In this document: in pieces, positions 25,555-43,065 of the stretch
Numbering within the stretch: the stretch's first letter is position 1
How the letters are laid out: each line of letters opens with the position of its first letter
Source: Hyphochytrium catenoides
Taxonomy: Eukaryota > Protista > Hyphochytriomycota
Assembly: GCA_900088475.1 (NCBI GenBank)
Contig: FLMG01004622.1
Coordinates: forward strand, 1 to 43,065
Direction: 5' to 3'
DNA length: 43,065 nt
Position numbers and translations under genes: made by a program
Notes under the pieces: model-generated
The model's input: the letters and a program-made list of their open reading frames with translations, nothing else
The model's database searches: none
What the model was told of the DNA's origin: nothing

Positions 25555-26264
25555 GAAAGACTTCTCTTGGCCCGCAAATAAAGCCGGATGAAATAATACA
25601 TCCGACTTTGAGCAGCGAGTGCCCTTCTTACCAGATTTCTCTGATGTCTGAGGGTACGAAGAGAGTCTTCCAACTCCTCACAGATTCCTTCAGTCTCTCG
25701 GACCACATCTTTCTCCGACTGGAGCAGCTCCAGCGACTGTCTGACGTCTATGTAGAGGAAAGCAAAGTTAAGGTGATAGTGTGGAAGAGCGAGTGTTAAG
25801 GTCACCAAAAGGAGATAACCGCAATACGAAGAGGAGTGTATTGGCACAGAAAGCGGCCCGAATGTGAGCATGGGCCGAGAGCTGTCCACGTGCAGACCAA
25901 GCGACTATGCATACGAGGACAATTACGCGTGAGGGAGAGAGAGAGAGAGATTGCGGATACTAGCAGACGGACAACAGAGGGATAGTACAAGGAGAGATTG
26001 GAATGCAAGGATGAGAAAGCTCAACGAAGCATAAAGAGAGTGAAAGTCAAGATTACCATTCTTCTTGGTCTGCACTTTCATACGCAGATTATGAATAGTC
26101 GCTCCCTGCGCTATTCTTTCCCTCTTGCTAGGCGCCTCAGTCTTTTTACGCATCTTGGATGAAGATTCTGTGAAAGAAGGAGAAAGAGGGGCCTCCATAT
26201 CGGTTTCTGGGCCTTCGCTTCCCCGAGGAGTCGGTGTCCTGCTGCGCACCGACCTCTGAGACAT
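14064..26264 (-). CDS. CFAP74: Cilia- and flagella-associated protein 74 (central-pair projection component), multi-exon
   Basis: ATG at 26264, followed by coiled-coil exons (e.g. ~24750-25276). Motifs: GENPYEVFRRR, VDPSGLMYRIEPSQVTSVKDHSFGLG, ENIVKKQIVMGKEF, FKDFEVG..LTNVSRTFNTFKLLPLP, PPGRMSAG(V)SCSLLVRFIPKVNRDI..LLSETGPISIPIIC, then ASH/Ig-like repeats. The last exon reads ...GLWVQEEAIITL...YKLLGYTTV* (stop at 14064). Several internal exons were not fully resolved, and a gap lies at 16724-16782. Confidence 0.8.
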
Positions 26265-26655
26265 ACTGTTAAAACTGGGCGGCCCTTAGACCTCAGTCTC
26301 TATTGAATTCCCATCATCCCATTAGCAAGTGAGTCTTCACCAACAGCCTTTGACTCCTAGATACAGAGCACGTAGTCATCTTCCTCCAGTGGACGTAAAA
26401 TAGCCCTGAAAAGCTCTGGGGAAGCTTCAGAATTATGTCTTCGAAATTCCAATAAACTGCGTTTTCCCTCATAGTGGCGTTTCGATTATGGGCCCCATCT
26501 TGTTACGGGCAGCACAACCCATTTAGCCCAGACGGATGCCATATAACAAACAGCAATATAGAGGGATAAACCTCGCCATATTATGTCTTATTTCTAATTT
26601 GTACGACACATGAAATCCCAGGTCAAGACCCAATATAAAGCTACTCCTGGGGGAG

Positions 26656-31042
<4,387 letters not shown>

Positions 31043-32748
31043 CTCGTCAATCAACCGCTTCCCAATCTTCGACCTTATGATTGGCAGGGCTGAAGCGCGT
31101 CTCTGTTCTGCAGACGATCGTCCGTGATGCGTCAGTTATACCCGAGCCGGAGTGCTCTCAGAATCCAGAGATGAGTGAGCTTGAGATGAAGGTGCAGGAG
31201 GAACCAGAAGCTGGCGATACAAGAGAAGGGGAATGGACAACAAACACGGTACTCGTAGAAGTAGAAGAACAGCGAAGCGGGGCAGAAGTGGAGGAGGCAA
31301 AGCGGGGAAGGGCTGATTGCAGAACAGGAGAGAAAGTGAGAAAGAACGGAGAGAGAAAGAGAGAGTAGACAGAGAGAGGAAGAGAGAGTAGACAGAGAGA
31401 GAAAGAGACAGTAGACAGAGAGAGAAAGAGTGGAGTAGAGAGAGAGAGAAAGAGAGGAGACAGAGAGATAAAAAGGAGAGGAGACAGAGAGAACTAGATG
31501 GTTCTGGTGTGTGAGATGATAGACTGTGATGCAAGCCTGCAAACTCTTGACACCCATTGGATCAGCACCGCACCGGATCGCACAAAGTGCGCTCTCGATT
31601 ATTCTGTCCATAAGTTATCACATTTACATAACATGAGTTATCAGATACACATGTAAGTAGTCGTAAGTACTCTGCACTTTCGTGACCACCGAGACACGCT
31701 TAATTTGCACTTGTGATTGCGAGCCTGAAGGGCAAGCCTCAATTTCAACCCACAGAAGCTTCAGTACAAATGGACTTTTCGTGTTTTGTGTGTTAGTGAG
31801 TCGTAGGCTCAGCGCCCGGTGGTTGGAACTTTGCGAGCCTTGTTTTATTGCTTCACGTGTGCAATGTTTCCTCCATTTCTTGCAATAATGTTTTGCCAGG
31901 TGGGGGCAGGTTGGTAAAGCAAAAACAAGACAGAGTAACAGGCAAAAAATCAAAGCAAGATTACGGGAAATGTTATGTGTATGGAAAAGAGACGATATGG
32001 AAAAGAGACGAAAAGGTGACTGAAAACAAATGCCAAATGGTGTATCTGGGTGCACCCAATTGGGTTTCCCCTCAAAAAGAGGTGGGAGAATGTCAACTTC
32101 GCTGAGCTCTGTTGCCGCCAACGTGTAGTTCGTTGTTGTTCTTTTCTTACGTTATTTCCCTTTTCCCGGCTGTTGTTGTTGTTGTTCGCCGAGTTGTACC
32201 GACAACCCGTAGTAGCCCCGGGACTGGGAAGTGGAACAGCACGAGCAAGCGGTGTTATCACCGTGTTATTATTACGAGTACTCTTGTTAGACATTTGGTG
32301 TTGTGCCGGTTCTGATTGACCGCAACCTGATCTTTCCACTGTGTACCGTAGAACTACCACAAGATTTAGGCGTGACCAATGTAGAACAATATACAAAAGA
32401 AGCCACTACTAGCAACATAGGAATGAGCACAGTACGAAGAGGCAATAGAAACAGGCAAAAGACACCAAAGCCCTGTGGCCTATGAAGGAAGCTGGAAAAG
32501 GCCTCAGCGACATCATCCACCATGCCAACAACAAGAGCAAGAGTGCCATCATCAAGGCTTACAGGTGAAGAGCCAATGCAAAGAGCAACAGATTGGTACA
32601 ATCTTTGTTGCCACAATGTATAAAGTGCAAGCACCCAATAAAGCTGCAGACACTGTAGAAGTGCAGCCGACAACGCGGGACTTGAGCCTTCAAAGATAGG
32701 CATTAAGGAGCTTGGACGAGTCTGACTACAAAGAGGACAGAAGGACTG

Positions 32749-35700
32749 ATGACGAACTCCCGAAACCACTATCAAAGGAGAGAGCGGAACCGGCAAAGAA
32801 TGCGACGTCTTCGAGCCGCCAATACTACTTTTAGAAAACGGGAGCGAGAACGTAACAGAGAAAGAATGCGGCGTAGACGAGCTACTGCTAGAGAGCAGGA
32901 GCGAGAAGGTAACCGAGAGAGAATACGGCGTAGACGAGCTGATGACAGAGAATCCGAGAAGAAGAACGAAGGCAAAGACAGAGAAGGAGAGCTAATGAAG
33001 GAGCCTTTCAAGAAGGTCAGAGAATCTGCTCGTCAGGATCTGAAGCTGATGAACAAGAAGATGAGACTTCCTGGGAACTAAGAGAACATCGCTCCCGATC
33101 AAGTTCGACTGTACTGGACGGCTTCGCTCGCCACTTGAATGATGATGATATTGCTGATGATAATAACCTGCTTGAAAGAAGTGACGCTGATGAAGAAGCA
33201 ACTTTTTTCACTCCTTCTACCGAGCACCAGCAACGTATCATGACTAGTGCCGCAGAAAGAATGGACCTTGGCGCAATCTTACGAAATGTGTGTGCAGTGT
33301 GCGACACTCTTTGCTTAAGAGGTACTTCAGGAGAATGTCAACGAACCATACGACTTGGATGAGGAGCTGTTGCAGGTATAGTAACATCTTTTTCAAACAC
33401 TAAGGCTCGGGGTAGTTAATGCTCTCTCTGCTGGCTGTAGATGTTCGATTGCCTTCGACCAACCTCACCTCTACCGAAAGGTTTGCTGAGCCAGTACGAC
33501 GCCTCAGATATGAATGAAGGGCTTAAGCCTTTCCTACTTTCAACAAGAAAAGGTATTATGGCCATAAGCTCCTGACTCTTCATACTCAAGAACGTAACTA
33601 GTAACAGTTAACTCAGGATTCGTAAGGATGACCGAGAGGGACAGCGGAGTTGTGGAAGTAAAGGCTATGATTTGTTGCCCATGCTACCGTCCCTTATCAG
33701 CGCAAAGGTCTACTGATAACAACGACCCGCCAAAGTTTGCCATTGCCAACGGCTTAACCATAGGGGAATGGCCAGAGAACTTACCTGAGCTTACTCGCAC
33801 AGAAGAAGAATTGGTGCTTATAGTATCGCCAGCTGTATACATATTTATCGTGCGTTTCGGTAAGTGAATATCCACTTTCCTCACATGGTGAAACATAATA
33901 GCTAACAAGAGCTCCAAAATAGGAGAGGGACAAACGCTGGAATCCCATTGCTATGTAGTGACAAACACAGAAGGTCCTATGGCAACGATGTTACCCACCA
34001 GAAATGCAGTTGGACACATACGTGTTACTCTTGCTGGAGCGATGACAGAAGAGCAAAAGTTGGCAGCGAAGCAACCTTATCTCGCCCGCATGGACGCGGT
34101 TACGCACGCTTTACACTTCTTCAAAGACCAGGACAGAGATAGCGGAGTGCTAAACAATCCTCGATACAGAAATGTGCAATTGGAACAGCAGGCGGAGACG
34201 GTAAACAGCACTGACGGTAGAGATGTTCAGTGATGGCACCATTTATAAACTCTTTTCTGACACATCATTTTCCAGGGATTATTATTGACTGTACTGATGA
34301 CAGCTTGAATCCTCTTCCGCAAGAAGGGGTCGTGGAGCGCATGGGTCAAACCACTTATGGCGACGTGAGGATTATTGACGACAGTGGGCACGGATCTCAA
34401 GAGATTTATACTTCCTTGATAACCTCTCACAACCCAGAATCGGGTGATATTTATATTTTTAGGAGATCTAATCTCTTTGTTCGAACCGACGGAATGGTAG
34501 TGGCAGATGCCTTTCCAACCTTACTGGCATGGGGAAGAGGAGGACCAGATGAACGCCGCAGTCATCCTATTTCCCTAAAAGCTTGGGTCTCTCATGTGCT
34601 ACAGCTCTCGCATCGTCGCGTTAGCAGGCATCACCAATTCAGTCTTGTACTTTTTGACTGGCTAGCTCGGCAAGACGCTTACAGTGAGTTGAAATACAAG
34701 CTGCCAACTACACGTCTGGCCCTGCAGGTTGGCAATATAAGTAGAAGAGAAATAGTAGAAGAAGGACTGCTCCATCAGCAACGCTATTTAGAGGCGATAA
34801 GGCAGGGAAAGCGGCCTCGTCCACCGCCGGCAACTATTAGTCCCTACTTGAGCCTGCAGAGAGGCATCCGGATTGGAGCAGCAAACCTCCCAAGCTCTAA
34901 CGAGGAAAGATCAAAGGCGAGACAGCAAGCATTTAGCCTTATAAAAAGACTTGGTACCGGCCACCTATTTATTACCTTCTCTCCGGACATAACGGGTACC
35001 TACGAAATCGCCCTTATGGACTCTGTGACCAGAGTAAACCTCTGTCCCCCCGATTCTTATCCATTACAGCTTGTGCTTCCGAGCGTCGCCTAATTGCGAA
35101 TCAAGACCCTGCGGCAGCAGCAGCTTACTTCAAAAGAAGAGTGCTCCAGGTGTTTAGCGAAGAAGTGCTCGGGTGGTGGAATATTCATCAGAGGCAGCCA
35201 CCACGGAAAGAACCCGGTCTATTTGGCTATCCAAGGTGGTTCTTTCTGGCTGTTCAGCCTCATGGAAATGGCTTCCTACATGCACATATGACAGTTTCCA
35301 TCTACGGCTTCCCTACAACCTCCCAAGAGAATGAGACTCGCTTGCATGAAGACACAGTTTACAAGAATCAGCTCACGCAATACTACAGCTCTTTTATGAG
35401 AGCAGAGGTCAATTCCGCTGGACGAAGAAAGCAAAACATTATGCCCTGACGAGAGTTGCCCCGGTGTGCTTCAGCAGCGAGAGCCTATTCCTGGGGAAGC
35501 TTATCAGCGGGCGGCAAAAGGTTCACAAATACATTGTACGTCCAGCTGTAACATCTGTCACAAAGAGTTTGGAGGAACAGAAGTAATTCAAAGAAGGATG
35601 GCTAACCTTGACCCAGATGGGATGTTTACCCCTGATGATTTGGATTTCCACCTGAGCCAACCTGGACGACGACTGGAGGAAGGCTCTCTAACAAGTGCTA

Positions 35701-35945
35701 TCGCCAGGGAAATCTTGCTGTTTACATATGCCATCTTTGTACTCCTGACGCACAGCTGGAAGCATATGTCGAGCTGTTTTAAGGTAACGAGGAAGAGAAG
35801 TAGTTTGTGTCTTTCCCCTTCCCCCCTTCCGACCCCTCCTCCTATAGCTTATTCTCAGGACAAAACAGTAGTGTGTCTTACCCCAGCTTTTTTGCTCACA
35901 TCAAACGGCGTTCAAAAAGAACACCTTCAGGAACAATCTGTCGAC
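32749..35945 (+). mobile_element. Degenerate Helitron Rep N-terminal region (DUF6570-like + Helitron_like_N/HUH), truncated before the catalytic Tyr motif and helicase
   Basis: R/E-rich N-terminal repeats (32749-33081); CAVCD; LPKGLLSQYDAS; C..C..PPKFAIANGLTIG..P..LPELT..EE; AFPTLLAWGRGG..ERR...ISLKAWV.H.L.LS.RR..RH..F; motif I LFITFSPD; DPAAAAAYF; GLFG; motif II GFLHAH; H...H.SSCFK..CR. Short GT-AG introns at 33376-33440, 33553-33616 and 33860-33922. Several frameshifts and stops. The 5' end was not located. Confidence 0.85.
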
Positions 35946-36920
35946 ATCCAAATCATCAGGGGTAAACATCCCATCTGGGTCAAGGTCAGCCATCCTTCTT
36001 TGAACTACTTCTGTTCCTCCAAAAAACTCTTTGTGACAGATGTTACAGCTGGAGGTACAATGTATTTGTGACCCCTTTGGCGCTCGTCTCATTCTCTTGG
36101 GAGGTTGTAGGGAAGCCCGTAGATAGAAACTGTCATATGTGCATGTAGGAAGCCGTTTCCATGAGGCTGGGACAGCCAGAAAGAACCACTTTGGATAGCC
36201 AAATAGACCGGGTTCTTTCTGTGGCTGCCTCTGATGAATATTCCACCCGAGCACTTGTTCGATAAAAACCTGGAGCACTCTTTCGAAGTAAGCTGCTGCT
36301 GCCGCAGGGTCTTGATTCGCAATTAGGCGCCGCTCGGAACGACTGGGTGCTATGTTACGCACAAGCTGTAATGGATAAGAATCAGGGGGACAGAGATTTA
36401 CTCTGGTCACAGAGTCCATAATAAGGGCGATTTCGTAAGTGCCTGTTATGTCCGGAGAGAAGGTAATAAACATGTGGCCGGTGCCAAGTCCTTTTATAAG
36501 GCTAAATGCTCGCTGTCTCGCTTTTGATCTTTTCTCGTTAGAGCCCGGGAGGTTTGCTGCTCCAATCCGGATGCCTCTCTGCAGGCTCAAGTAGGGACTA
36601 ACAGTTGCTGGCGGTGGAGGAGGCCGCTTTCCCTGCCTTATCGCCTCTAAATATCGTTGCTGATGGAGCAGTCCTTCTTCTACTATTTCTCTTCTACTTA
36701 TATTGCCAACCTGCAGGGCCAGACGTGTAGTTGGCAACCTGTATTTCAACTCACTGTAAGCGTCTTGCCGAGCTAGCCAGTCAAAAAGTACAAGACTGAA
36801 TTGGTGATGCCTGCTAAAGCGACGATGCGAGAGCTGTAGCACATGAGAGACCCCAGCTTTTAGGGAAATAGGATGACTGCGGCGTTCATCTGGTCCTCCT
36901 CTTCCCCATGGCAGTAAGGT
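35946..36920 (-). mobile_element. Inverted duplicate fragment of the same Helitron Rep region
   Basis: Reverse complement of 34518-35645 with scattered substitutions and indels, including a ~170-bp internal deletion. ORF 35901-36842 reproduces the protein of ORF 34230-35093. Confidence 0.92.
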
Positions 36921-37042
36921 ACTACGAGTACTGATAGAACTAGTTCTCAGTTCTACATATTGTAGTTCTAGAAGGAATGAAGAGGTCCTGGTGTTAGAAG
37001 TACAAGTACAACTAGATCAGTGATCCAAGCATCTTCCGCTAA

Positions 37043-37073
37043 TAATGCAGCCGAAGGCTGGATTACGCACTAG
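37043..37073 (+). mobile_element. Putative Helitron 3' terminus (hairpin + CTAG followed by T)
   Basis: TAATgCAGCC-GAA-GGCTGgATTA stem-loop (37043-37065), then CGCA-CTAG (37070-37073) and T. This matches the canonical Helitron 3' end architecture and lies ~150 bp beyond the inverted Rep arm. Confidence 0.5.
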
Positions 37074-37765
37074 TAACATCGGGCGAGGCCTAGGCGCAGC
37101 CTTAAGCTATTGATAGTTCCAGTCCTCCAACTCCAACCACAGCCTTCTACAGTCGTAGTTCCTAGGGATTATTTAGCATGCTGCTGTCTGCGGCATCTTG
37201 CTCATCAGCAAAAGCAGCAGCTCTGAGCTCTGCCTGAGTGATAGAACTACTTCCCATTGAGGACGAGTCAGGAGTCTCCCGTCCTGCTGCGCGGCCGCCG
37301 CTAGGTCATAATATTTCACTACTACTGAGCGTCTTCACAGCCTCGAACCGTGTCAGCTGCCTTCTGCAATACCGTCACTCTTTTACTACGGAGTGATAAG
37401 TAATACACTCCATTATGGAGAAGGCACTCTCCATCTCGAGCACAGGTGTGATAGTTAATAGAATATAAGGCAGCTGGGGACCAGAAGCAGCCCTGGGAAG
37501 CTCTGTGATGAGCATTATGGTCTCTCGGGATGTGATAACACAATATTCGTACGAGGACGAGGATCTTAAAGCTTCAGATGGTTGTAGAGTTTGGTGATGG
37601 CGTATGGGTTACATACTCCTCCTCCACCCATCAAACAGCGGCCCAGAGAACTTCTTGAACCCTGAATACGCATATTAACCTGACCTTAGAGCCTAAGCAA
37701 TAGTGTCTTATCTCTAAATGAACGACAGACTGCAATCTAGGTGAAGACCCAATACAAGAGCTACT

Positions 37766-42514
<4,749 letters not shown>

Positions 42515-42903
42515 CTCGTCAATCTTATACCGCTTCACAATCTTAGACCGTGATGCGTGGCACAGACTGAAGTTCCCCTCTCTGTCTGCAGACTATCGTC
42601 AACGCTTGACCGTGACGGACCAGCGCTGAAAATCTTCTTCCTGGACTCTTCAGATGAGTGTAGAGCACTGGAGGGGCGGATGAAGAAGAAGAAGACGCAG
42701 GGGTGCAGCAGGCAGCAACGGCAGTGATGAAGACCTCGTCCTATGGAACTCACGCCTAAGAATTAGACAGGAACACTTCTGGAGGCTCCACGAGCAATGT
42801 AGAATGTAGATCACTTTGTCTTGCTTGTTGATGGAACGGCCTAACATTAACACTGGAGAGAAAGCCGAGACAACACCCCCTCCCCCGCCCTAATAAAGGC
42901 CCG

Positions 42904-43026
42904 TTCTTATCGACTGCCCCAAAACTGGGGCATGACGCATTTGGGGCAGTCCAGATGGTGCCCCAAACGGGATTTGGGGCACTACGATAAGAATAAATTT
43001 GGAGCTTGGGGCAGTGGGGCAGTCCC
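42904..43026. repeat. Nested inverted-repeat cluster (TGCCCC/GGGGCA motif), MITE-like
   Basis: TTCTTATCG (42904-42912) and CGATAAGAA (42985-42993) enclose two hairpins, ACTGCCCCAAA..TTTGGGGCAGT and GTGCCCCAAA..TTTGGGGCAC. There are 7 copies of the 6-mer in ~110 bp. Confidence 0.65.
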
Positions 43027-43065
43027 TGAATCAGAGGAAGATCAAGGCGGCAATAATCACATTGG

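Noticed and set aside
32749-36920. Autonomous Helitron or domesticated Rep gene
   Set aside because: Multiple frameshifts and stops; no catalytic YxxxY motif and no PIF1 helicase motifs are present.

Overview
Intron-rich eukaryotic genomic DNA with three N gaps (6881-7069, 16724-16782, 39829-39881). A CFAP74 gene indicates a flagellated organism; the MetAP2 loop insertion and porin type suggest a stramenopile (inference from recalled family features, not a search). Left to right: a 6x19-bp minisatellite; an intronless secreted 10-Cys defensin-like peptide; a spliced ACSF2-like acyl-CoA synthetase; an intronless Cys-rich/mucin-stalk/GPI-type surface protein; a spliced VDAC-like porin; a ~12 kb CFAP74 gene; and two tandem, intact 14-exon MetAP2 paralogues. 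A degenerate intron-containing Helitron Rep element lies between the paralogues; it folds back into a ~1 kb inverted repeat and is followed by a hairpin+CTAG terminus-like motif. The most notable points are (1) the second MetAP2 copy has substitutions at or next to conserved active-site and fumagillin-pocket residues (Y444C-equivalent, HSIG>HLIA), (2) the orphan defensin-like peptide, (3) the Helitron foldback, whose arms differ by several exact triplet duplications, and (4) GC-AG introns, one conserved between paralogues and one switched. All gene models were spliced by eye.
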